From positions 51,724 to 115,723 of the forward strand of contig CAYQJS010000004.1 of assembly GCA_964417895.1 (NCBI GenBank): DNA of 64,000 nucleotides. Reading direction: 5' to 3'. Numbering within the stretch: position 1 is the first letter of the stretch; every line of letters begins with the position of its first letter. Below the pieces are notes generated by a model that worked only from the letters and a program-made list of their open reading frames with translations, searched no databases and was not told the origin of the DNA. Below, one piece after another: positions 17,900 to 26,454 of this stretch. The translations under genes and the position numbers were made by a program. Source of the stretch: an uncultured Chloroflexota bacterium. GTDB lineage: Bacteria; Chloroflexota; UBA6077; SHYK01.

Positions 17900-18988
17900 C
17901 TACAGCCATTTCGCGCCCTCGCGGACGCGTTCCGACCACCAGGCTAGTTCCATGCGCTCCCTCGCGCGCACGTCCTCCGATTCGCTTCGCGCAGCGCCCC
18001 ACGCCTTCGGCCAACCGAGCTGGAGGAAGCCTCCCAGCAGCGCGAGCTCCAGCTGAGGGCGCCACCAACGCTCGTCGTAACGATTGCCCAGGCGCCCAGC
18101 CAGACTCTGTCGATACGACTCGATGGTCGCCTCTTTGGAGACGGGCAGTCGAGCGCAGTTGACGGCCAGATACCATGCAAGGTCCACGGCCGGCGGCGCG
18201 GCGCCCACGAAGGCCCAGTCGAGCAGCACGACGCGCCGATCGCTCGCATGGATCCCGAGGTTCCCCAGCTTGAAATCGCCGTGCACCACCGTCTGCGGGT
18301 AACGAAGCAGGGCATCGCAGAGAGGAGCGGGGTCATTCAGCAAGCTGGCGACCACATCCGCCACCTCCTGATCCACGAGGCCAGGTAATAGCCGCCAGCC
18401 CTCGACCGCGACTGGCGGGATCGGGTCAGGACCGCTGGCCTCCCGGCCAACGGTCCGCGGCGCGAAAGCCGAGTACCGCTGTCGAAGCGTGCAAAAGCCC
18501 AGCTTGCCCTCTGCCATTCGCGGCTGGTCCCAGAACATCGCGTGGAGGGACGCCATGGCGTCCGCAAAGCGCTCGTTGTCCTCAGAGGAAATGAGGTCGT
18601 CGCCAGGAGGGATCATGGCGTTTGAGGCGTCGTGAAGCAGCATCGCCCACCCGGAGCCATCCTGTGCGCACCCGACGACTTCATGGGAGATGTTGTCGGG
18701 CAGGCGGTCGAGGAGCCCCGTCCGCCAGGACACGATTGCTCGAGCCTGGCGATCCTCCGTTACTCGCATCACCCAATCAGTATCCCAGCCGAAACGCTTG
18801 AGCACGTACCGTCGGGAAACTACACCGCAAGCTTCGACCCACCACAGCTTTCCGCCGGAGAGGCCGTCGACGGACTCGAAGGGCTCGCAGCGGACATCCT
18901 GCACGTCGCTCCCCTGAATCAGGGCGAGCGCGTGCGGGGAGATCAGGTCCTCTGCTGTGCCGTAGACCGTGCGCTCCATGGGTCCCAA
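17900..18988 (-). CDS. phosphotransferase (aminoglycoside/choline-kinase-like APH fold)
   Basis: VVHGDFKLGNLGI...VVLLDWAFVGAAPPAVDLAWYL (Brenner HxDxxxxN and DxD-like motifs). Confidence 0.75.
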   Translation of the reverse strand: MGPMERTVYGTAEDLISPHALALIQGSDVQDVRCEPFESVDGLSGGKLWWVEACGVVSRRYVLKRFGWDTDWVMRVTEDRQARAIVSWRTGLLDRLPDNISHEVVGCAQDGSGWAMLLHDASNAMIPPGDDLISSEDNERFADAMASLHAMFWDQPRMAEGKLGFCTLRQRYSAFAPRTVGREASGPDPIPPVAVEGWRLLPGLVDQEVADVVASLLNDPAPLCDALLRYPQTVVHGDFKLGNLGIHASDRRVVLLDWAFVGAAPPAVDLAWYLAVNCARLPVSKEATIESYRQSLAGRLGNRYDERWWRPQLELALLGGFLQLGWPKAWGAARSESEDVRARERMELAWWSERVREGAKWL

Positions 18989-19113
18989 ATCTCCTTATTC
19001 CAGGTCGCTCGGTGGGTCAGCTGCACGCCTAGACCGAGCTTAGAAGAACAATGTCGCCTGCGAGTATGCACCCGATCTGCCGGCCTGCGGCGCGCGACGC
19101 AGGTGGCGGCGAC

Positions 19114-19317
19114 TTACATACTGTCGCGGAGCGCGCCCGTCACGCTGATCCCCGACCGTTCCGGGCTCCAGCCGACGATGCGGGGGCTGTCGCTGGGCGG
19201 GAAGTAGACGTCGCAGAACGGGCAATGGGCCTCGATGCCCGCGACGCCCAGCATCGAAGGGCTGACCACGAAATCCTGCTGACACTTCGGACACCGAACG
19301 TACGCACATAATCCCAT
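19114..19317 (-). CDS. small zinc-ribbon protein (hypothetical)
   Basis: MGLCAYVRCPKCQQDF...EAHCPFCDVYF (two CxxC pairs). Confidence 0.4.
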   Translation of the reverse strand: MGLCAYVRCPKCQQDFVVSPSMLGVAGIEAHCPFCDVYFPPSDSPRIVGWSPERSGISVTGALRDSM

Positions 19318-19331
19318 CGCTTGCCTCCTTG

Positions 19332-19402
19332 TCGCCCTCACCCCAGCCCTCTCCCAGAGGGAGTGGGGGCGGCCCTCCTCAGTCCTCAGTCCTCAGTCCT
19401 CG
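19332..19402. repeat. family-2 REP hairpin followed by a short heptamer array (AGTCCTC x3-4)
   Basis: cgccctcaccccagccctctcccagagggagtgggggcgg, then cctcctc agtcctc agtcctc agtcctc, ending at the UbiD stop. Confidence 0.8.
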
Positions 19403-20857
19403 CTAAGTCCAATAGCTGGTGCGGTCCATCGGGATCCTGCTTAGCACATCCTGCGAAATGTAGTCCTCCAGCCTGACCCGCTCCATGGCGTCGTCGGGGC
19501 ACCTGGAGACGGGCGAGAACGGGCGCCCGAGCGGGCGGGTGGCATCCACGATCATGCACGAGGTGCGGACCTCCGCCTCCTCGTCCACCAGCGACGGGTC
19601 CAGCTCGTTGCCCTTCATGATGTCCTTGATGATCTGGATTTGCCGGTGCGGCTGGACGCGCGTGGCCAGCGCCCAGAAGATCTCCGTCGGGTTGTAGACG
19701 TCGATGTCGTCGTCCACGACGAACACATTCTTGGAATGGTCGAAGCTCAGCACGGCGGCGGCGGCGCGGCCGGGGTCGCCCTCGCTCGTCTTCTTCATGG
19801 CGATGAAGATGTTGAAATGGGCGTGGCGGCCCGCCTTGCAGACGGCCGTCACCGAAGGCACTGCTTCGCGGGCGCGCCGCAAGTAGGCGGCCTCCCGTGG
19901 GAGGTCGAGCCACGGCTTGTCGCCCTCGGGCGTGATGATGGACTGCATAATGGCGTCGCGCCGATGCGTGATGGCCCGGACCTCATAGTGCAGCGAGTCG
20001 TGGTACCGCTGCGGACCCAGATACCCGGGCGCCTCGCCGAAAGGCCCGTCCACCTGCCGCTTGCCGGGCAAGAACGCACCCTCGATGACCACCTCGGCGT
20101 CGGCGGGCACCATCAAGCGCTCGCCCCACGTCTCCGATGGCACGAGCCGCAAGGGCTCCTGCAGGTAGGCGCCGATGATCCGGTACTCGTCCACCTCGAA
20201 GGCCCCCCGGAAGGCGGCCCCCATGTTGAACGCGGGGTGGTGGCCCAGAATCGTGGCTACCGGGCACTCCTCGCCGTGCTCCTCGTATGCTTTGAAGATC
20301 TTCCACAGGTGGCGGGGCGTCACCAGGCAGCTGGTCAGGCGCGGGCCTTTCACCTCCATGCGGTGGTACGAGGTGTTGTAGATGCCCGTGTCACGGTCGC
20401 GGCTGACGGTCGCCATCACGATGTAAGGGCCGCCATCCATGTAGTGGTGGCGCATGATTGGCAGCTCGGTGAGATCCGCCTCGTCACCGATCTTCACCAC
20501 GTCCTTGACGGGCGCACGCTCGCGCGGTACCACGATGGGATCGACCGGCCGCGCCTCGCGGCGCAGGCACTCGTCGCCCATCTCGGCCCGGCTCATGCCA
20601 AACGGTACGCCGAGGGCCACTTGCGCCTTGCTCTGGGTGATCTCGGCGTTGAGCATCAGGCGGATGTCGGCAACCTGCCCCTGAAGGTTCAGCGGCCGCT
20701 CGAACGTGACGACCGGAAACTTCTTCAGCGCGTCCAGCTTCTTGATGATAGCCGTGCAGTCGTAGTGTGCCGGGTCCACGGTGGCGTCGATGCTGATCAC
20801 TTCGTCGGGCAGCAGCTCGTGGAGATCGTCGAGATAGGTGCGCAGGCTTTTGGGCAT
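19403..20857 (-). CDS. UbiD family (prenyl-FMN-dependent) decarboxylase
   Basis: Start at MPKSLRTYLDDL (ATG 20857, ggaggg SD); ~484 aa, UbiD-like throughout; the track ORF N-terminus (to 21292) is repeat-derived. Confidence 0.88.
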   Translation of the reverse strand: MPKSLRTYLDDLHELLPDEVISIDATVDPAHYDCTAIIKKLDALKKFPVVTFERPLNLQGQVADIRLMLNAEITQSKAQVALGVPFGMSRAEMGDECLRREARPVDPIVVPRERAPVKDVVKIGDEADLTELPIMRHHYMDGGPYIVMATVSRDRDTGIYNTSYHRMEVKGPRLTSCLVTPRHLWKIFKAYEEHGEECPVATILGHHPAFNMGAAFRGAFEVDEYRIIGAYLQEPLRLVPSETWGERLMVPADAEVVIEGAFLPGKRQVDGPFGEAPGYLGPQRYHDSLHYEVRAITHRRDAIMQSIITPEGDKPWLDLPREAAYLRRAREAVPSVTAVCKAGRHAHFNIFIAMKKTSEGDPGRAAAAVLSFDHSKNVFVVDDDIDVYNPTEIFWALATRVQPHRQIQIIKDIMKGNELDPSLVDEEAEVRTSCMIVDATRPLGRPFSPVSRCPDDAMERVRLEDYISQDVLSRIPMDRTSYWT

Positions 20858-20912
20858 GAGGCCCTCCAAGTCTTCGCCAGCGCTCGGCCGCCACAATTCT
20901 GATGACTCATAG

Positions 20913-20972
20913 GGGCGAGGCATGCCTCGCCCACCTCGCGTCGAGGGCACGCGGGTCAGGCATGCCTGACCC
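20913..20972. repeat. two perfect 20-bp palindromes with a GCATGC core (family 4)
   Basis: gggcgaggcatgcctcgccc (20913-20932) and gggtcaggcatgcctgaccc (20953-20972). Confidence 0.9.
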
Positions 20973-21033
20973 CTACCGCAGTCATCACATCTTTGGCGGC
21001 GAAGCACCAGCGGGCACGCCAGTATAGTCATTT

Positions 21034-21110
21034 GCGGATTGCGGACTGCGGATTGCGGATTGCGGATTGCGGATTGCGGATTGCGGATTGCGGACTGCGG
21101 AGCGCGGAAT
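21034..21110. repeat. tandem heptamer array, 11 x GCGGATT/GCGGACT
   Basis: Counted unit by unit from 21034 to 21110. Confidence 0.95.
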
Positions 21111-21245
21111 GAACGGACGGTCTCGTGGCCACCGCCCATCGCTGAGCCGGCAGATGGTACGAGCGCTAGCTGGCTATAAGCGACGCGCCGCCTCCCCGCA
21201 TTTCGCAAGCCCCAATCGGCACTCCGCAGTCGGAGTGACCTGGCA

Positions 21246-23648
21246 ATGAGTGACTCGACGTCTTCCCACATTCCGCAATCGGCAATCAGCAATCAGCAAT
21301 CCGGTTACGTTGGTCAGGGCGTACGGCGGCGGGAGGACGACCGCCTGCTGAGGGGCAAGGGCCTGTTCGTCGCGGACGTGCGCCTGCCCGGTATGGCGCA
21401 CGCCGCTTTCCTCCGCAGCGCCTACGCGCACGCACGCATCGTGCGGGCGGACGTGAGAGGGGCGCTGGCGCAACCGGGCGTGCTGGACGCGCTCAGCTTC
21501 GCTGAGCTGGGCGAGAGCACGCCAACGCTCCCCAACCTCATGCCCCACAAGCTGCTGCGGTCCGCAATGCCCTACCCGCTCGCCCGGGACCGAGTCCGCT
21601 ACGTCGGCGAGCCGATCGCGGTGGTCGTGGCCGAGAGCCGCTATCGGGCCGAGGACGCCCTCGACGCGATCGAGGTCGAATACGAGGACCTGCCGGCCGT
21701 CACACAGGCCGAAGCCGCGCTCGGGCTCGGCGCGCCGCTGCTGCACGAGCATCTTGACAGCAACCTGGCTGCGGAGATGATCCAAACAGTGGGCGACCCT
21801 GACGGGGCCTTTGCCCGTGCGGATGTGGTCGTAGAGCTGCCGTTTCGCTTCGGGCGGGCCAGCGCCCAGCCCCTGGAGACTAGAGGCGTCGTGGCTCGCT
21901 ACGAGCGCAGCGCGTGGTCCCCCTCCGGCGGGTTCACTATCTGGGCCTCGACGCAGATGCCGCACAACGCGCGACGCGTGCTCGCGGGCATGCTCGGGTT
22001 GCCGGTCCAGGCGGTGCGCGTGATCGCGCCCGACATCGGCGGCGGCTTCGGCGTCAAGATATATTGCTACCCCGAGGAGTACCTCGTGGCGGTGCTGGCG
22101 CGCCGCGTCGGGCGGCCCGTACGGTGGATCGGGGACCGCCGCGAGGATCTCCTGGCCTCCTACCAGGCGCGGGAGCAGACGCACCACGTGCAGGTGGCCG
22201 CGGCCGGCGATGGCTCGCTGCTGGCCGTGCGCAACCGCTTCACAGTGGACATCGGCGCGTACTGCCCATGGGGGCTGGTGGTGCCGTTCAACGCGGCGAC
22301 GACGCTACCCGGGCCGTATCGCGTGCCCAACTACCACGTCGAGATGCGGGCCGTCTACACCAACAAGCCGCCCATGGCCCCCTACCGGGCGGCCGGTCGC
22401 CCGCCGGCTGTGTTTGCCATCGAGCGGGCCCTCGACCTGATCGCGCGGAAGCTCGGGATCGAGCCCTCTCAGGTTCGCTTGCGCAACTTCGTCCAGCCGA
22501 ACGAGTTCCCCTATCGCCTGGGGCTGATCGATCGCGACGGCCAGGAGCTGTCGTACGACAGCGGCAACTACCCGGCCTGTCTTCACCAGGCCCTGGAGCT
22601 GATCGACCTCGACGGGTTCCGGCGCGAGCAGAAGGCCGCACGCGGCCAGGCGCGGTATCTCGGACTGGGGATCGGCTGCTATGTGGAGGCTACGGGTCGC
22701 GGCCCGTTCGAGGGCGCGACGGTGCGCGTCGAGCCGTCGGGGAAAGTCCTGGTGCTCACCGGCGCGGCGCCCCAGGGACAATCCCACGAGACGACATTGG
22801 CGCAGCTCTGCGCCGACCGGCTCGGCGTGGACCTGGACGACGTGACCGTGATCGCAGGCGACACGGACGCCATTGGCCTCGGGGTGGGCACGTTCGCGAG
22901 CCGCACAGCGGTGGTAGCGGGCAACGCGGTGAGCATGGCAGCCCGCAGCGTGCGGCAGAAGGCGCTACAAGTGGCGGCGCAGCTGCTAGAGGCGGGCGTC
23001 GACGATCTTGAGCTACGCGCGGGTACGATCCAGGTACGCGGCGTGCCAGACAGACAGGTGAGCCTGGCACGGGTGGCGCAGGTTGTCACGGCGCCGCCGC
23101 CAGCGTTCACGTTCCCCGAGGGGCTGGAGCCAGGCCTCGAGGCGACCCACTACTTCCACCCGACCAGCAACACGTACGCCAACGGTGCGCACATCGCGAC
23201 CGTCGAGGTAGATGTGGAGACGGGCGTCGTCAGGGTGCTGCGCTATACGGTGGTGCACGACTGCGGCACCGTGATCAACCCCCTGGTCGTGGAGGGCCAG
23301 ATTCACGGCGGCGTGGCTCAGGGGCTGGGCAACGCGCTGTACGAGGAGATGGTGTACGACGAGGCCGGCCAGCCCGCGACGACCAGCTACATGCACTACC
23401 TGATCCCGACGGCGATGGAGGTACCCGGAATCGCCGTGGGGCACGAGACGACCCCCTCGCCGCTCAATCCCGAGGGGATCAAGGGGACAGGCGAGGGTGG
23501 AACCATGCCCGTCCCAGGTGTGATCGCCAACGCCATCGACGATGCTCTGGCGCCGCTTGGTGTGGTTGTGGACCGGGTGCCGATTACGCCAGCGCGATTG
23601 CTTGCGATGATACGCGCGGCGACAACTCAAGACGCTGGCGGCCTGTAG
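21246..23648 (+). CDS. xanthine dehydrogenase/aldehyde oxidase/CoxL family molybdopterin-binding subunit
   Basis: 800 aa; N-terminal VGQGVRRREDDRLLRGKGLFVADV, typical large-subunit layout; the first ~20 codons are encoded by the heptamer array, so the start is uncertain. Confidence 0.88.
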   Translation: MSDSTSSHIPQSAISNQQSGYVGQGVRRREDDRLLRGKGLFVADVRLPGMAHAAFLRSAYAHARIVRADVRGALAQPGVLDALSFAELGESTPTLPNLMPHKLLRSAMPYPLARDRVRYVGEPIAVVVAESRYRAEDALDAIEVEYEDLPAVTQAEAALGLGAPLLHEHLDSNLAAEMIQTVGDPDGAFARADVVVELPFRFGRASAQPLETRGVVARYERSAWSPSGGFTIWASTQMPHNARRVLAGMLGLPVQAVRVIAPDIGGGFGVKIYCYPEEYLVAVLARRVGRPVRWIGDRREDLLASYQAREQTHHVQVAAAGDGSLLAVRNRFTVDIGAYCPWGLVVPFNAATTLPGPYRVPNYHVEMRAVYTNKPPMAPYRAAGRPPAVFAIERALDLIARKLGIEPSQVRLRNFVQPNEFPYRLGLIDRDGQELSYDSGNYPACLHQALELIDLDGFRREQKAARGQARYLGLGIGCYVEATGRGPFEGATVRVEPSGKVLVLTGAAPQGQSHETTLAQLCADRLGVDLDDVTVIAGDTDAIGLGVGTFASRTAVVAGNAVSMAARSVRQKALQVAAQLLEAGVDDLELRAGTIQVRGVPDRQVSLARVAQVVTAPPPAFTFPEGLEPGLEATHYFHPTSNTYANGAHIATVEVDVETGVVRVLRYTVVHDCGTVINPLVVEGQIHGGVAQGLGNALYEEMVYDEAGQPATTSYMHYLIPTAMEVPGIAVGHETTPSPLNPEGIKGTGEGGTMPVPGVIANAIDDALAPLGVVVDRVPITPARLLAMIRAATTQDAGGL
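21270..21304. repeat. inverted partner array (AATCCGC-type heptamers x5)
   Basis: attccgc aatcggc aatcagc aatcagc aatccgg is the reverse complement of the 21034 family; degenerate copies back to ~21205. Confidence 0.85.
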
Positions 23649-23693
23649 AAACAGACTCTATATGGCCGGGCGGAACTCGATGAGGAGACGTTG

Positions 23694-24005
23694 ATGCCAG
23701 ACCTAGAAGCCTTCGTCCCGAAATGCCTCGTTCCAAACAAAACGCTTGAGGCAGTCGCTGAGGACGTTCGGGGCAACAAGCCAATATTAAGCATGACGAC
23801 GCGCCGCTTTGATTACTCTCGTGAATCACGGATATTGGGGTCCAGTGCCGATCCTACCCGTATCGTCAAGTTTCCCAGCGGAACTCCACGACTCCGATCG
23901 GCGGAACGAGAGCAGGGTCCAACTCACGCTGCGGCAGGTCACGTCGCTGAGCGTCATGTTGAAATGCGTCGCCCTGGATTCTGCGGACGCTCGGAGAGTC
24001 CATGA
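23694..24005 (+). CDS. hypothetical protein (weak call, low-GC patch)
   Basis: gaggag SD 6 nt before ATG 23694; no motif; the 3' end overlaps the convergent DUF2442 ORF tail. Confidence 0.25.
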   Translation: MPDLEAFVPKCLVPNKTLEAVAEDVRGNKPILSMTTRRFDYSRESRILGSSADPTRIVKFPSGTPRLRSAEREQGPTHAAAGHVAERHVEMRRPGFCGRSESP

Positions 24006-24292
24006 CGTGATCGCTTCGCACTTGTCTTAGAAGTGGGGGCGGCCTGGCTTTCCGGTGGCTCGATCGAACCACTGTAGAGGAATTCCGGGGCGAAATCAGC
24101 GCCGTTGGGCCACACGACTGTCCCTAGCTCCGGGTCCACTCTCGCCTCAGCAAAGCGTGCCGGGTCGCGGAGAGGTTCGAAGACCTCACCATACAGCTCA
24201 GCTTCCAGATCTATGACTCGTTTAGTTCCGTCGCTGAACGTAAGGTCCAGGATGTAGGGCCCTACGACTTTCATCTCGACGACTGTCTCCAT
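23954..24292 (-). CDS. DUF2442 domain protein
   Basis: METVVEMKVVGPYILDLTFSDGTKRVIDLEAELYGEVFEPLRDPARFAEARVDPELGTVVWPNGADFAPEFLY; the C-terminal tail is probably run-on. Confidence 0.7.
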   Translation of the reverse strand: METVVEMKVVGPYILDLTFSDGTKRVIDLEAELYGEVFEPLRDPARFAEARVDPELGTVVWPNGADFAPEFLYSGSIEPPESQAAPTSKTSAKRSRHGLSERPQNPGRRIST

Positions 24293-24308
24293 CAAAGCTT
24301 CTCTCCGA

Positions 24309-24575
24309 TCAGTCGAGCGGAGGCACACGCTGAAGGGGCCGACGCTCACGAGCTTCCGTCCAATTATCGCGCAGTTCGCGTTGATGCAACGCGATCCACT
24401 CCAACACCAGGCCCTGGGCGCGCGCCGGCAGATGGCCCCGCAGCACTTGGACCGGCTCGATCCCGAAAGTTGCAGAGTCGCTCCCGTAGCGAGCGTGTAT
24501 GTGGAGCGGCGGATGGTCGTTGTAGAACATCGCGATCACGATCCCGTAGAACTCGGAGATCCTTGGCAGAAGCAC
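24309..24575 (-). CDS. DUF4160 domain protein
   Basis: GTG 24575 after gagaggag; LLPRISEFYGIVIAMFYNDHPPLHIHARYG; 16 nt upstream of the DUF2442 gene. Confidence 0.75.
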   Translation of the reverse strand: MLLPRISEFYGIVIAMFYNDHPPLHIHARYGSDSATFGIEPVQVLRGHLPARAQGLVLEWIALHQRELRDNWTEARERRPLQRVPPLD

Positions 24576-24639
24576 GCTCCTCTCGCGTCGGGGATCGATT
24601 CCCCGCTGCACACCCGCGCACAAGCATCTCGGCCGACCG

Positions 24640-25719
24640 CTAATACCCCCTTGCTCGGTCGATGGTCGACTGGAGCGGATCGCCCGCCACGAAGTGCCGC
24701 AGCTCGGCCACAAACACCTCGCGGTCGCGGTCGTTAAGGTCGGGGAAGGCTCCCGCGATGTGCGGCGTGAGGATGACGTTCGGCAATCGATAGTAAGGCG
24801 AGTCGGAGGGGAGCGGCTCGCGGCTGAAGACGTCGAGGCAGGCGCCGGCGATTCGCCCCGCCTCCAACGCCGCGATCATTGCATCGTCGTCCACCAGCCC
24901 GCCGCGCCCCACGTTCACGAGCCAGGCCGTCGGTTTCATCGAGGCGAACTCCGCCTCGCCGATGATCCGTTCGGTCGCCCGGGTCAACGGGAGGGTAAGC
25001 ACCACGAAGTCGCCCTGCGACAGCACCTCATGGAGCTGACCGGGCCCATACATGGCATCGGCTCGGGAATCGGGCCGGGGCTCACGTCGGAACCCGATGA
25101 TCCGCATACCGAGCGGGCGCAGCATGCCGGCGAGCGTGCCACCGGTACCCCCGAAGCCGAGAAGGGCCGCGGTTTTTCCACGCAGCAGCTCGGGGATCGT
25201 TTGCTCCTGCTCCACCTCGTCCCATGACGCCGCGCGGTGCCACCGGGCCTCGCGCTGCGCGTTCCAATAGGTCGGCAGCCGCTTGGCAGCGGCCAGCATG
25301 ACGGCCAGCGATAGCTCTGCCACAGGGACGTCGTAGACATCGGTAACGTTCGTAATGGCAAAGTTGGCGCTCATGACATCGGGCGTGAGCGCCACGTCCA
25401 CTCCGGCGGCGGGAACGTGCATCCACTGGAGGCCACGAGCTCGCTCCAGAACCGCATCCACCACGTCGCGCTCCAGCGCGTACGAGCGAAAGAAGACCGA
25501 CGCTCGTTCAATCCCATCGGGAAGCGGCCTATCGTTCGCCACAATGACGACGTCGATGCGCGGCGACACCTGATGCACCGCGTCCAGGAAGCTCGGGTGG
25601 ATCGTGGCTGGCAGCGCGACGACGATGGGCGTCGACGACTGGAGACTGAGGGCTGTCCGCTCTGCGGACTCCGAACGCCGCTCGCGCGGCGCACTCGGCG
25701 AGGACTCGGGGCTGCCCAT
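24640..25719 (-). CDS. D-isomer-specific 2-hydroxyacid dehydrogenase family protein
   Basis: GFGGTGGTLAGMLRPLGMRIIGFRR (NAD site), NVGRGGLVDDDAMIAALEAGRIAGACLDVF...LTPHIAG; exact start uncertain. Confidence 0.85.
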   Translation of the reverse strand: MGSPESSPSAPRERRSESAERTALSLQSSTPIVVALPATIHPSFLDAVHQVSPRIDVVIVANDRPLPDGIERASVFFRSYALERDVVDAVLERARGLQWMHVPAAGVDVALTPDVMSANFAITNVTDVYDVPVAELSLAVMLAAAKRLPTYWNAQREARWHRAASWDEVEQEQTIPELLRGKTAALLGFGGTGGTLAGMLRPLGMRIIGFRREPRPDSRADAMYGPGQLHEVLSQGDFVVLTLPLTRATERIIGEAEFASMKPTAWLVNVGRGGLVDDDAMIAALEAGRIAGACLDVFSREPLPSDSPYYRLPNVILTPHIAGAFPDLNDRDREVFVAELRHFVAGDPLQSTIDRARGY

Positions 25720-25743
25720 GTCGCTGTCCTTAGTGCCCTTCGC

Positions 25744-26454
25744 TCAGTCCTGCCTGAGCGCGGCACCGCGCTCGATGCCGTCGAACACCAGCCAGTAGAC
25801 CTCGACCCCCTCGGCCACCAAGGCGCGGAGCCGCTCCTGGATCTCGTTCGACGTAGCGTACTTCTCGACCATGCGCGGGCCCACGTCGGCGTGCTCCTCC
25901 TCCACCTCCGAGCCGTGCGTTGCCCAGAAGGCGATGTCGTCCTCCGAGAAGAGGTAGTGGTGGCGGAGGCCGTTGGCGATCACGGCGGCGCGCTTGAGGT
26001 TCTGGCCCTCGAAGACAAAGCTCTGCGCCGTCACCGCCTCGAGCCAGGGGGCGTCGTAAAAGACCCGGTCCCGCCAGCCGATGAAGGCCTGCAGCTCCGC
26101 GACCGGCCGTGCGCGCTCGATCTCCTCTCTGCTCAGGCCAAGGGCGCGCCCGAACTGAAAGAAGAGCTTCTTGTGCTCCTTCGTGGGGTCCTGGAAGCCG
26201 GACTCGCTGAAAACGTTTTCCAGGAGCATATGCTCCAGGTCGGGGTCGTCGGGGCAGCGCGAGTAGATGGCAGCGACCAGCTTGGGAAACATTCGGGCCG
26301 TGCGCTGGTAGTACTGCTGGGCGAAGAACCGCAGCCCCTCGATGGATAGCTTCCCCTCCGCAATGCGGCGGACCAACGGATGGTCCTTCGTGTGACGGCG
26401 GTCGACGATCGCTCGAAGCTCGTCGACGAAAACCCTGCTCGCAACCATTATCAC
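25744..26454 (-). CDS. heme-oxygenase-like fold protein (TenA/PqqC / iron-containing redox enzyme family)
   Basis: HPLVRRIAEGKLSIEGLRFFAQQYY..., ...THGSEVEEEHADVG; start GTG 26454 overlaps the LLM stop, or ATG 26448. Confidence 0.6.
   Translation of the reverse strand: MIMVASRVFVDELRAIVDRRHTKDHPLVRRIAEGKLSIEGLRFFAQQYYQRTARMFPKLVAAIYSRCPDDPDLEHMLLENVFSESGFQDPTKEHKKLFFQFGRALGLSREEIERARPVAELQAFIGWRDRVFYDAPWLEAVTAQSFVFEGQNLKRAAVIANGLRHHYLFSEDDIAFWATHGSEVEEEHADVGPRMVEKYATSNEIQERLRALVAEGVEVYWLVFDGIERGAALRQD

Noticed and set aside
21034-21110. Heptamer arrays as a CRISPR array
   Set aside because: The units are 7 bp and directly abutting, with no spacers, and no cas genes are in the window. This is a microsatellite-type tandem repeat, not a CRISPR.
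19403-21292. N-terminal 145-aa extension of the UbiD ORF (similar extensions for DUF72, LLM, amidohydrolase, VapC, S15 and VOC ORFs in the track)
   Set aside because: The extensions are translations of intergenic repeats (SAIRNPQ heptads, GRGMPRPY palindromes). An internal ATG with a good SD coincides with the start of family similarity.
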